Source: an uncultured Chloroflexia bacterium (GTDB lineage Bacteria > Chloroflexota > Anaerolineae > JAAYZQ01). Taken from it: 64,000 bases of DNA. The stretch covers positions 448,001 through 512,000 of the forward strand of contig CAVOXA010000001.1 of NCBI GenBank assembly GCA_963700285.1, given 5' to 3'. This document shows, in pieces, positions 1 through 9,974 of this stretch (position 1 is its first letter; every line of letters starts with the position of its first letter). Under the pieces are notes generated by a model. It saw nothing but the letters and a program-made list of their open reading frames with translations. It had not been told where the DNA came from and searched no databases. A program made the position numbers and the translations under genes.

Positions 1-290
1 AAAACTGGTTGGACTGTCAGGTCGGCCCGGAGACGGTCGAACAGGACCAGTCGGGATGGCGCAGCAGCGGGCATGGCTTCCAGAGTGGCCAGCATCCTCT
101 GCTTTTGAGCGGCTTTGACCTCGGGACGAGCATGGGGTACTGGGATACTGCGCAGGTCGTTGGACAGGGTCAAAAGAGCATGCAGCTCGGATGCCTGGGC
201 CCCGTACTGGGCCAGGCAATCATCCAGGCTCCGCCCTGTCTCCATTTCGGACAGGCACTCGGCCAACGCGATTCCCAGACTACTCATCAT
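1..290 (-). CDS. Putative anti-sigma factor, N-terminal part (runs off window edge)
   Basis: Manual translation from ATG 290 gives MMSSLGIALAECLSEMETGRSLDDCLAQYGAQASELHALL..., open to the window edge. It has a GAAGGA RBS and overlaps the stop of the ECF sigma gene. Anti-sigma role is inferred from position. Confidence 0.6.
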   Translation of the reverse strand, partial: MMSSLGIALAECLSEMETGRSLDDCLAQYGAQASELHALLTLSNDLRSIPVPHARPEVKAAQKQRMLATLEAMPAAAPSRLVLFDRLRADLTVQPV

Positions 291-837
291 AACATCCTTC
301 GGTATCCAGTGCCTGTCGCAAGGCCTTGAGCGCGCGATGCTGGAGCACCTTTGTGGCATTCTCTGTTCTGTCTAAAACTCGGGCCGTCTCAGCATGGCTG
401 AGTCCTTCAATGAAGCGGAGAAGGATCACCTGGCGGTAGGATTCAGTCAGGTGGCGCATCGCCCGGGCCAGACAGGCCTGCTCCAGTCGGTGTTCTGCTG
501 TCTCGGCTGGGTTTGAGGGCGCAGCGATTACTTGCTCCTCCAAGGGTAGCATGTCGTTCCGCCCTGCTTGACGGTGATGGTCGGTCAGCAGATTGCGGGC
601 GACAGTGTACAGCCAGGCCAAGATGGGCTGACCCCGGTAGGTATAGCCGGAAACCCTCTCCACCAGTCTCAGGAATACCTCACCAGCCAGGTCCTCGGCC
701 AGCATCGGGTCACCGGACCGGTAGAACAGGTACGTATAGACGGCATCGTAATGCCGTTGGTAGATCTCGGCGAATGCTGCCGGCTCTCCCTTCTTGGCAG
801 CCTGGATCAGCCGGGCTTCATCACTTGGCATGGGCAT
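280..837 (-). CDS. ECF-type sigma-70 family RNA polymerase sigma factor
   Basis: 185 aa; region 2 (AEDLAGEVFL...WLYTVARN) and region 4 (RQVILLRFIEGLSHAETARVL...KVLQHRAL). Confidence 0.95.
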   Translation of the reverse strand: MPMPSDEARLIQAAKKGEPAAFAEIYQRHYDAVYTYLFYRSGDPMLAEDLAGEVFLRLVERVSGYTYRGQPILAWLYTVARNLLTDHHRQAGRNDMLPLEEQVIAAPSNPAETAEHRLEQACLARAMRHLTESYRQVILLRFIEGLSHAETARVLDRTENATKVLQHRALKALRQALDTEGCYDE

Positions 838-850
838 CCTGTTCGTTCGT

Positions 851-877
851 TTAACGGGCTTCTGCCAAAAAGGTTAC
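851..877 (-). promoter_or_regulatory. Candidate ECF-dependent autoregulatory promoter
   Basis: Minus strand GTAACC-15 nt-CGTTAA just upstream of the ECF gene, matching the generic ECF AAC...CGT pattern. Confidence 0.6.
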
Positions 878-982
878 GTTGGGCACCATGGCAGAATGCT
901 CTGAAAAATGCTGCGCGCAGGGCATTGTACCACACGACGCTGAAAAGGGCACAAAACAGGCTCCACACGCAAGAGTACTCAT

Positions 983-1011
983 TTGTTCAAGGAGTGATGT
1001 CGTGATATAAT
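983..1011 (+). promoter_or_regulatory. Sigma70-type promoter for the SLC13 gene
   Basis: TTGTTC-17 nt-TATAAT with an extended -10 TGn. Confidence 0.55.
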
Positions 1012-1200
1012 TCTAGCGTGAGTCCTTGACTACTGCACAGGGATGAGCAACTGGATCTGATAGGGAGGGATTATGCCCAGGTTCGCAAGTATTTGCGGAA
1101 TTCGTGCTGGTCGTCCTGCAGTGTGTTGGCCGGCTTGTACCTTTGAAATCTTTGTCCCGGTTGAGATGTTTTGTTCAAGGTTCTCCCCAATGGTGCACAG

Positions 1201-2985
1201 ATGACAACGGAGATTGCCCTTACACTCACAATCATTGTTGCAGCGCTGACCCTCTTTGCCACTGAGAAGCTCCGGGTGGATTTGGTCGCGCTGATTGTTC
1301 TGTTGTCCGTTGGTCTGCTTGGCCTGATTAGCCCCGACAGGATCTTTGACGGCTTTGCGAATTCGGCCGTGGTCACCGTTTGGGCGGTCTATATCGTTTC
1401 CGGTGGGTTGTTCAGGACAGGGGTTGCCGATGCGATGGGCCGGGGCATTCTTCGGCTGGCAGGCGACAGGGAACCCAGACTCATCGCGACGATCATGGTG
1501 ACCTGTGGCGTGATCTCGGCTTTCATGAATAACGTCGGCGCTACGGCCATGCTCATGCCGGCCTTGATCGGCATCTCGCGCCGAACCAAGGTCGCGGTCT
1601 CCAAGCTCCTCATCCCGCTCTCGTTCTCGTCGCTGCTGGGTGGCGCGATGACCCTTATTGGTACACCCGCCAACATTCTGGCTATGGGTATTCTGGCCGA
1701 TCATGGGCTCCCGACGGTTGGGTTCTTTGGCTTTGTCCCGATGGGCATTGTTCTCCTGACGACAGGCGTCGTGTACATGGTTCTGATCGGACGCCACCTG
1801 CTGCCTGAGCGCCAGGGTGCGCAGGCCCGGCAGGATGTCTATCGCCTGAGAGAGTACGTAACAGAGGTGGGGATACCAGCCGAGAGCCCTCTTGCAGAAA
1901 AAACACTGTTGGAATCCCATCTTGGCAAGGACTATGACTTGACGGTGATGGCCCTCGAGCGCAACGGTGTGAGCCAGGCTCGAATCGGGAGAGATACCCG
2001 CATTCAGGCCGGCGATCTGCTCACGCTCAAAGGCTCGGCGGACAGCCTTATGGTGGCCCGGGAAGAACTGGGGCTGGCCATAGAGGCCGGAGGAAGCCTG
2101 GACATTGAGCGGTTGGAACCAGGGAGTGTTCAATTGATTGAGGCTACCCTGTCCCCGAATTCTGGTCTGGTGGGCCGCACCTTGCGAGGGGTACACTTTC
2201 GCGATCGCTATGGCTTCACCGCCCTGGCCCTTTGGCGGCATGGAGAGGCGATTGCCGAAAAGCTCCGCGATCTGCCGTTGCGTTTTGGGGATTCCCTACT
2301 GCTGCAGGGCCCGGGGCACCGGGTGTCGGATCTCCAGGAGGGCGGGGATTTCCTGGTGCTGGAACCACTCGAATTGGAGCAGCTTCGGCCCAAGAAGGCG
2401 CCCATCGCGATTGCTGCTTTGGTGATAGCTGTCCTGTTGGTCCTCTTCGCAGACTTTAACATTTCGATGGCGATGGTAATGGCGGCGGTGGCCATGGTTC
2501 TAACCGGCTGCCTCTCCATCGAGGAGGCACACGAGAGCATTGACTGGAGGACCGTGTTCCTGGTTGCAGGCATGCTGCCTCTTGGCATGGCCATGGAAGA
2601 GACAGGCACAGCACAGTACCTGGCCGACATCATGGTCAATACCTTGGGCGATTTCGGACCTCTCGCACTGCTTGGCGGGATATACTTGCTGGCGGCGCTC
2701 ATCACCCAGGCCATGTCCAACGCGGCCGCTATTGTGCTCATCGTTCCCATTGCCTTGGATACTGCTCTGGGATTGGGCGCCAATCACCTCACATTCACGA
2801 TGGCCACGGTGATTGGTGCGGCTACCAGTTTTCTGTCGCCTGTCGGGCACAAAGCCAATGTACTGGTCTTTGGCCCGGGAGGCTACCGCTTCTTTGACTA
2901 TACGCGGGTGGGTGCGCTGCTTACGGTTGGCCTGCTCATCGTTTCCATGATCTTTCTCCCCATCTTCTGGCCACTCTTTCCATAG
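1201..2985 (+). CDS. SLC13/DASS-family permease with two TrkA_C (RCK_C) domains
   Basis: Hydrophobic N- and C-terminal halves with SAFMNN, TLIGTPANI, MSNAAA and SFLSPVGHKANVLV motifs; central duplicated RCK_C-like region. Confidence 0.9.
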   Translation: MTTEIALTLTIIVAALTLFATEKLRVDLVALIVLLSVGLLGLISPDRIFDGFANSAVVTVWAVYIVSGGLFRTGVADAMGRGILRLAGDREPRLIATIMVTCGVISAFMNNVGATAMLMPALIGISRRTKVAVSKLLIPLSFSSLLGGAMTLIGTPANILAMGILADHGLPTVGFFGFVPMGIVLLTTGVVYMVLIGRHLLPERQGAQARQDVYRLREYVTEVGIPAESPLAEKTLLESHLGKDYDLTVMALERNGVSQARIGRDTRIQAGDLLTLKGSADSLMVAREELGLAIEAGGSLDIERLEPGSVQLIEATLSPNSGLVGRTLRGVHFRDRYGFTALALWRHGEAIAEKLRDLPLRFGDSLLLQGPGHRVSDLQEGGDFLVLEPLELEQLRPKKAPIAIAALVIAVLLVLFADFNISMAMVMAAVAMVLTGCLSIEEAHESIDWRTVFLVAGMLPLGMAMEETGTAQYLADIMVNTLGDFGPLALLGGIYLLAALITQAMSNAAAIVLIVPIALDTALGLGANHLTFTMATVIGAATSFLSPVGHKANVLVFGPGGYRFFDYTRVGALLTVGLLIVSMIFLPIFWPLFP

Positions 2986-3131
2986 ATCTGACACTAGCGT
3001 GAAATAATCGCTGGGCTCTGCTAGAATATCTTGGCCGCGGTTATTTCTGGAAAACTACTCTTGACCTGGGGTCGTGGGCAGTGTGCTTGGGGCCCACTGC
3101 TGCACGGCAGGAACACGTACAGTTATTTGGA

Positions 3132-3150
3132 AATCTCCAACGAATCTCCA
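3132..3150 (+). repeat. AATCTCCA direct repeat pair (11-bp period), upstream auxiliary operator
   Basis: AATCTCCA at 3132 and 3143; same core as the arrays at 3237 and 4263. Confidence 0.6.
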
Positions 3151-3231
3151 TGTGGCGCTGTCATGGTGGGTGGTCGTATTTCTTGAGCTGCGCCGGCCTG
3201 TTACAGGAGTAGGCAGACCAGGGTTTTCTTC

Positions 3232-3291
3232 CAAAACTGCACACAACCTCCAGGAATCCTCCACGAAATCTCCATGCTTTTCTACTACAAT
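3232..3291 (+). promoter_or_regulatory. Activator-dependent promoter A: four CT(G/C)CA repeats plus -10 TACAAT
   Basis: CTGCA 3237, CTCCA 3248, 3259 and 3270 (11-bp period), then 11 nt, then TACAAT 3286-3291. Aligns without gaps to 4258-4317. Confidence 0.75.
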
Positions 3292-3343
3292 GGCATCTAC
3301 AATACCGAGCAAGCGCCTGTGAGCGTGTATCCGCAGAAAAGGA

Positions 3344-4051
3344 ATGGAGGAAATGATGCAGCGATTTTGGAAGATGGCAGGGATCGCGACGCTAGTCGTG
3401 ATGCTGGGGGTGGCCGTGCTTGGCGTTGCGGCCTATGCGCAGGATGACGGAGGGACACCCTTTGATTTCGGCGCAAGATTCAAGGAGGCAGTCGCCAAAG
3501 CTCTAGGCGTAACCGTCGACGAGTACGACGCAGCGGTAGAGCAAGCCCACGAACAGGTCATCGATGAGGCCGTGACCGAAGGTTGGCTGACCGAGGACCA
3601 AGCCCAGCGGATGCAGGAACAGATGGACAAGGCCCCTGGTGACCGGGGTCGGGGCAAGGGCTTCATGCGACGAGGCGACGGCTTCTTGGGACGCCGTGGG
3701 GATTCGCCCATCAACGCAGCGGCAGAAGCGCTGGACATGACCGTCAGTGACCTGATGGCCGAGATCCAGGGTGGCAAGAGCATCGCTGACGTGGCCACGG
3801 AGAAGGGTGTGGACCTCCAGGTTATCATCGACGCCTATCTGAAGCAGGTTGGGGAGACCCTGGACCAGGCGGTGCAGGATGGCAGGATCACCCAGGATCA
3901 GGCCGACTTGATGTTGGAACAGGCTGGGAAGCGGGTGCCTGAGATGTTGAACAACACCTGGGAAGGCCGGGGGCCGGGTCGTTTTCCGCCGGGTGGCTTT
4001 CCGGGCGGTCATCCAGGACACATGGGCTATCCAGGCACGAGTGACGCCTAG
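3344..4051 (+). CDS. Secreted alpha-helical protein with internal duplication (LTxxQ-like motifs) and Gly/Pro-rich tail
   Basis: Signal peptide ending AYA-Q; two similar units ending GWLTEDQA and GRITQDQA; GGAGG RBS near the start (the true start may be a few codons later). Confidence 0.75.
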   Translation: MEEMMQRFWKMAGIATLVVMLGVAVLGVAAYAQDDGGTPFDFGARFKEAVAKALGVTVDEYDAAVEQAHEQVIDEAVTEGWLTEDQAQRMQEQMDKAPGDRGRGKGFMRRGDGFLGRRGDSPINAAAEALDMTVSDLMAEIQGGKSIADVATEKGVDLQVIIDAYLKQVGETLDQAVQDGRITQDQADLMLEQAGKRVPEMLNNTWEGRGPGRFPPGGFPGGHPGHMGYPGTSDA

Positions 4052-4257
4052 TCGCAGGAGCATAACGGCTGAGTGGTTTTTGGGGCAGGCGTGCGTAGGG
4101 AAGCGGGTCTGTGCCTCCATCGGGGGCTGACGATCGAGAAAGGTAGACATTACTGCCCGAGAATAACCTAGATATCACCGATTCGCGAGCACGGGCGAGG
4201 GGTCTCTCAACAGACGTGAACAGGGGCGCCTTCGCTCTCTCTTTGGACAGGCGCTCA

Positions 4258-4317
4258 CAAAACTGCACCGTCTTTCCACCAGATCTCCATCAAATCTCCA
4301 CATCTTTGTGCTATCAT
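4258..4317 (+). promoter_or_regulatory. Activator-dependent promoter B: four repeats plus -10 TATCAT
   Basis: CTGCA 4263, TTCCA 4274, CTCCA 4285 and 4296, then 11 nt, then TATCAT 4312-4317. Confidence 0.75.
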
Positions 4318-4450
4318 TATCATAGGGACGGTCACTTGGAGCTGATCGATCAACGATGACAGAGTAGGAGAAAGGTCCCTGTGTTTCGTGATAGTCTGTC
4401 GTGGTGAGCTAGCAGAGATCACCGAGCACCAACCAGTGAGTGTGTGATCG

Positions 4451-7368
4451 ATGCCTGGTCTGGCCTCGATCTTGTCTCCTGTTCTCCCTGGCTGCCCGGC
4501 GGCTGTGGAACCAGCGCCTGTTGATGCTCTGTCTGCTACTGGGCCTGGTGGCGGCTGTTGGCCTGTTGTCCAGCATTCCCCTCTATGCCGACGCGGCGCA
4601 GAACCGGCTCCTCCAGGGTGAGTTGGAGAATGCCGATAGCGCATCTGAGACGGAAGCGACGATGGCTCGCCCGCCCTTTTCCTTTCTGTGGCGCTATATC
4701 GGCGCCTGGCATGGCAACGTCACCTGGGAGGAGTACGGGCCGGTCGACGCCTATCTGACCGAGCAGGCACCGACCATCATCGATCTGCCCGCTCGAAACG
4801 CAGGTACGCCACGTCGCCACCGACAAGATGCGCCTCTTCCCCAGCGAGGATGCCGCCTTTGTCCCCGACGAGCCGCTGCTGTGGGCCAGCTTGGGCTTTG
4901 TCAGCGACCTGGAGGCGCACATCCAGCTCGTGGAAGGCGAGTTCCCGGAGGCCATCAATACTGGGCCCGCCGAGGGCGCGCCCGGTGATGTAGTTGAGGT
5001 CCTGGTCAGCCGCAAGACGGCCGATCTACTGGGCTTGCAGGTGGGCGAGCTCTATACCCTGTTTGCCACGGGCCAGGTCGGGGCGCAGATCCCGGTGCGC
5101 ATCGCCGGCGTCTGGCAGGCGGGTGATACGAGCGATCCTTTCTGGTTCTACCAGCCTGATGCCTTTGACGAGATGCTGCTGACGTCCGAAAGCGCCTTCG
5201 TGGACCAGGTCGTGCCCACGCTGGAGGCACCCGTAGCGACGGCCGTCTGGTACCAGATCTACGACGGCAGCCGCGTCCGGCCGGCCACCGTAAACGGGCT
5301 CTTGGAAAACGTCGCCGTCGTCGAGGCCCGCGTCACCGTCCTGCTCAACAACACCACCCTCGACGTTTCCCCCGTGCCGGCCCTGCAGAGCTATGGCAAA
5401 TCGGCCAGCCTGCTGACCCTGGTGCTGACCATCTTTAGCCTGCCGGTCATCGGCCTGGTCGCCTATTTCATCAGCCTGATCGCGGGCATGGTCGTGCGGC
5501 GCGGCCAGAGCGAGATCGCCATCATGCGCAGCCGGGGCATCAGCCGGCGCAAGATCGTCAACCTCTACCTGCTGGAGGGCCTGCTGCTCGGCGGCCTGGG
5601 CCTGGCCGGCGGGCTGCTGCTGGGCCGCTGGATGGCCCAACTGATGAGCCGCACCCACACCTTTCTCGACCCGGCCATTCTGACGGGCTAGCGGCGGCGA
5701 ACCGATGGCCATCGTCTTTACGCCCACCTCTCTGGCCTATGCCCTGGTGGGCGTCGCCTTGACGCTTGTTGCCCTCCTGATCCCGGCCCTGATCGTGGCC
5801 CAACACTCCATCGTCACCCTGCGCTGGGAGCAGGCGCGGTCGCTGCTGGCCCCGGTGTGGCAGCGCTACTTTCTGGATCTCATTCTGTTGGTGCCGCCTC
5901 TTTACGGTTGGTACCAACTGGCCAAGCAGGGCACGATCACCCTGGGTTCGGGCGGCAACGATCCCTTTTCCAATCCGCTGCTCTTTCTGGTGCCGGTGCT
6001 TTTCTGTTTCTCGCTCGGCCTGCTTTTCCTGCGTTTCTTCCCGCTGCTGATGAAGCTCCTGGCCAGGCTGGCAGCCTGGCTGCCAGGCACGACGCTGCTG
6101 CTCACGCTGCGCCAACTGGCCCGCTCCACCACGCAATACGCCGGGCCGCTGCTGCTGCTCACCCTGACGGTCAGCCTGGCCACCTTTACCGCCTCGATGG
6201 CGGTCACCCTGGACGAGCACCTGTGGGACCAGGTGTACTACCAGGTCGGCGCCGACCTGAACCTGGCCGAGCTGGGCGAAAGCACCGAGGAGACGGAGAC
6301 GGTCACGCTGCCGGGCCAGGAGACGACGACCGAGCAAACTTCGGCAGGACGAGCCGCTCTGGCTCTTTCTGCCCGTCAGCGAGCACCTGGATGTGGCCGG
6401 CGTCAAGGCCGCGGCCCGCGTGGGCGATTACAGCGCCACGGCCAACATCGGCGGCCGCCAGCAGGCGGGGCAGATCCTGGGCATCGACCGGGTCGACTTT
6501 CCGGGAGTAGCCTTTTTCCGGCCCGATTTTGCCTACAACGAGTCGTTGGGCGAGCTGATGAACCGGCTGGCCGTGGCTTCGGACGGCATCCTGGTGAGCA
6601 GCAGTTTCCTGACGCAGCAGGGGTTGACTGTGGGCGATCCGCTGCGACTGACGGTCGGTGCGGCCGGCGACTATGCCGAGGTGTCGTTCACCATCGTCGG
6701 CTCGCTGGGCCTGTTCCCTACCCTCTACCCCCAGGACGGTCCCTTCTTTGTCGCCAACCTGGACCACATCCACAACGCCCTGGGGGGCACCTATCCCTAC
6801 GACGTCTGGCTGGCGACAGATCGCCTCTGCCGACAGCGATGCGATCGTGGAGGGGGTGCGCGACCTGGGGCTGGTCGTCGTCACTGCCCGCGACGCCCGG
6901 GAGACCATCGCCGCCGAGCAGACGCGCCCCGAGCGGCAGGGGCTGTTTGGCCTGCTGTCGGTCGGATTCATCGCTGCCGCCGTGCTGACGGTCATCGGCT
7001 TTCTGGTCTACGCTGTTGTCTCGTTCCAGCGCCGCTTCATCGAGCTGGGCATGTTACGCGCCATCGGCCTCTCGACGCGGCAGATGGCCGCCTACCTGGC
7101 AGGAGAGCTGGCGGTCCTGATCCTGACCGGCGTGACCCTGGGTGCGGGGTTGGGCGTCTGGGCCAGTACCCTGTTCATCCCCTACTTCCAGGTCGGCAGC
7201 GACAAGACGGCCCAGGTGCCGCCCTTTGTCGTCCAGGTGGCCTGGCAGCAGTTGGGCGTGATCCTCATCATTTTTGGGGCGATGTTCGTCGTAGCTGTCG
7301 CCGTTCTGGCCGTTCTGCTCACCCGTATGAGGGTCTTTGAGGCGGTGAAACTCGGCGAAACCGTCTGA
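4451..7368 (+). CDS. Large FtsX/MacB-like ABC transporter permease (about 970 aa), split by several frameshifts
   Basis: Joined from ORFs 4440, 4828, 5705, 6393 and 6658. Two FtsX signatures: EIAIMRSRGISRRKI and RFIELGMLRAIGLS; ends EAVKLGETV. Confidence 0.85.
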
Positions 7369-7405
7369 TGGTTGGGCAATCTGCCCTACGACATTGAGGT
7401 GTTCT

Positions 7406-8960
7406 ATGAATCGAATCAACCAATGCACTAGCCAGACCATCTACCTGCTCGGCGTGCTGAGCCTTTTGCTCGCTCTGGTGACCGGCTGTGGATCGGCCGA
7501 ATCACCGAGCGCTCCTGCCAACGAGGCCACGCCCACGCCCCTGCCGACGCCCATCATCCCCGAAAAGCCGATCTACACGGTCCAGGTTGGTACGGTTGTG
7601 CAGACCCTTGAATTCACTGGCCGTGCTTCCCCCGTATTGGAGCAGGAGTTGTTTTTCGAGACGAGCGGTAACGTCGGCAATGTGTTCGTGGCGCGGGGCG
7701 ATTGGGTACAGGCTGGTGACGTGTTAGCCGAGCAGGACATCGAAGAACTGCAGAAACAATTGTCGCAGAAACAGCTGTCCCTGGAAACCGCCCAACTCAA
7801 GTTCGAGCAGGCTCAGATCGATGCTACCGAAGCGATCACCACCTCTCTGATGAAATTGGAGGACAGCGCAGGCCGACCTGGAGAACGCTAGAACCACGTC
7901 GGTCAATGACGTGGCGGACGCTAGGGCAGCCGTTGCGAGCGCCGAGACCAGCCTGGCCAACGCCAGGCTGAACCAAACCATCGTGCAAAAGAGCGATACC
8001 GTTTCCAAGAACGTGCGCGATCGGGAGAACGAGGCCGCCTGGTTTGAAGCATTCTATGGCGAGTGCCTGAAAAAGTATGAGGCGGGCCAGATGGACAAAG
8101 ACCGCCTGGACCTGGAGTGGAACAACTTGCTTGCAGCCAAGGATAACCTCGACGAGGCCCGGGCTCAGGCGCAATTGGCCCTCAGCCAGGCGGAAGCCCA
8201 GGTCGCCCAGGCGGAAGAATCCCTGCGCCAGGCCAAGGTCAAGGTCGCCGAGCTGCAAGGCCAGCAGATGGTGTCTGATGCCGAGACGACGCTGCAACAG
8301 GCGGAACTGGAATACGAGAAGGCGATGGCCGATGCGGATCCGGAGTCGTACAACATGAGGTTGCTGGCGCTGGAACGGGAGCAAGCCCAGTTGGACATTC
8401 AAGATCTCCAGGATCAGATTGCTAGTGCCCAGCTCGTCGCCCCCTTTGCGGGCCAGATCCTGTCGCTGAACGTCAAAGCTGGCGACGCGGTCGAGGCCTA
8501 TGACGCCGTCGGCGTGCTGGCCGATCCCAACGCGCTGGAGATCACGGCCGAGCTGGGCAGCGAGGAGTTGAGCCAGATGGCCCTGAACCAGGAGGCGGTG
8601 ATCACGCTGCGCGACCGCCCCGGCGAGACGTTCAACGGGGTCGTGCGCCAGTTGCCCTATCCCTACGGTGGCACGACACTTGATACCGGCGACGACACCG
8701 CCGTCCACGTTGCCATCGACGGTGAAGCGGACATGACATTGGGCGAGCTGGCGACGGTGAGCATTGTCCTCCAGGAAAAGGAGAACGTGCTGTGGTTGCC
8801 ACCGGCGGCTATCCGCACCTACCAGGGGCGCGACTTTGTCGTCGTCCAGCTTGACGCCGGCTCCCAGAAGCGGGTCGACGTGCTGTTGGGCATTGCCACC
8901 GACGAGCGGGTTGAGATCGCTGCTGGGCTGGAAGAGGGGCAGACAATTGTCGGGGAGTGA
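7406..8960 (+). CDS. HlyD/MacA-like periplasmic adaptor lipoprotein (frameshift near 7870)
   Basis: Lipobox LVTGC, lipoyl halves (VFVARGDWVQAGDVLA; LVAPFAGQILSLNVKAGDAV), long coiled coil, C-terminal VEIAAGLEEGQTIV. Confidence 0.85.
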
Positions 8961-9955
8961 TGGAACCATTTATCCTTTGTGAGAACCTGGTCAAAATCTA
9001 CAAGCTTTCCGGCCTGGAGGTCGTGGCGCTGCAAGGGCTGAACCTAGCTGTACAGCCGGGCGAGCTGATGGGCATCGTCGGCGCCTCGGGATCGGGCAAG
9101 AGTACACTGCTCAACATCCTGGGTGGCTTGGACCGCCCTTCGGCTGGCCAGGTGATGATCAACGGCCGCGATCTGCTCAAGGCGTCGGCCAGCTCCCTGG
9201 ACGAATATCGCCGTACCGAGGTGGGCTTTGTGTGGCAGCAGACGGCCCGCAACCTGATCCCCTACCTCAGCGCCCAGGCCAACGTCGAATTGCCAATGAC
9301 CATCGAGGGGGTAGGGAGCCGCGAAAGACATGCCTGGTCCCGGGAACTGCTTGAGACCGTGGGTCTTTGGGAGCATCATAAACACCGCCTGGCCCAGTTA
9401 TCCGGAGGGCAGCAACAGCGGGTTGCCATTGCCGTTGCCCTGGCAAACCGCCCCAAGCTGCTGTTGGGCGATGAGCCGACCGGCGAGGTTGATTCGGGCA
9501 CGGCCCAGGAGATCCTGGCCCTGTTCCGGCAGATGAACGAGCAGTATGGCCTGACGACCATCATCGTCACCCACGATCCACAGGTTGCCAGGGCGGTGGA
9601 CCGCGTAGTGACCATCCGCGACGGCAGTACCAGCAGCGAGACGGTTCGCCGCGTGGCGGATGTGGAGGCTGCCCTGGCGCAGGGTGCGTCGTCGTCGCAC
9701 ATCTACGACGAGTTTGTGGTCGTCGATGGCGCAGGCCGGCTTCAGATCCCACCTGACCTGCGCGCGGAGATGAGTATCGGCGACCGGGTGACGCTGGAAC
9801 GGACCGATGGTGGCATCCTGATCCAGCCCGTAGCGGGAGCAGGGCCGGCTGTTCTGCCTGACAACCAGGTCTCCGACGTGACAGAAGATGAGCAGCTACC
9901 TTCCCGCCACACAAAGTTGGGGGGCTGGTTGAGCCGTACAAGACATAAGATCTGA
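8960..9955 (+). CDS. ABC transporter ATP-binding protein (LolD/MacB-like) with C-terminal AbrB-like extension
   Basis: [28 protein letters not shown]; tail VDGAGRLQIPPDLR. Confidence 0.92.
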   Translation: MEPFILCENLVKIYKLSGLEVVALQGLNLAVQPGELMGIVGASGSGKSTLLNILGGLDRPSAGQVMINGRDLLKASASSLDEYRRTEVGFVWQQTARNLIPYLSAQANVELPMTIEGVGSRERHAWSRELLETVGLWEHHKHRLAQLSGGQQQRVAIAVALANRPKLLLGDEPTGEVDSGTAQEILALFRQMNEQYGLTTIIVTHDPQVARAVDRVVTIRDGSTSSETVRRVADVEAALAQGASSSHIYDEFVVVDGAGRLQIPPDLRAEMSIGDRVTLERTDGGILIQPVAGAGPAVLPDNQVSDVTEDEQLPSRHTKLGGWLSRTRHKI

Positions 9956-9974
9956 AACATGTGGAGGTGAACGA

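Noticed and set aside
1030-2241. Long antisense ORFs (also 7836-8969, 13113-14237, 59721-60923)
   Set aside because: These are shadow frames of well-supported genes in GC-rich DNA and have no motifs.
3232-4317. Short periodic repeats as a CRISPR array or iterons
   Set aside because: The units are 5 bp with 6-nt gaps, there are no cas or rep genes, and their fixed phase to -10 boxes fits operator sites.
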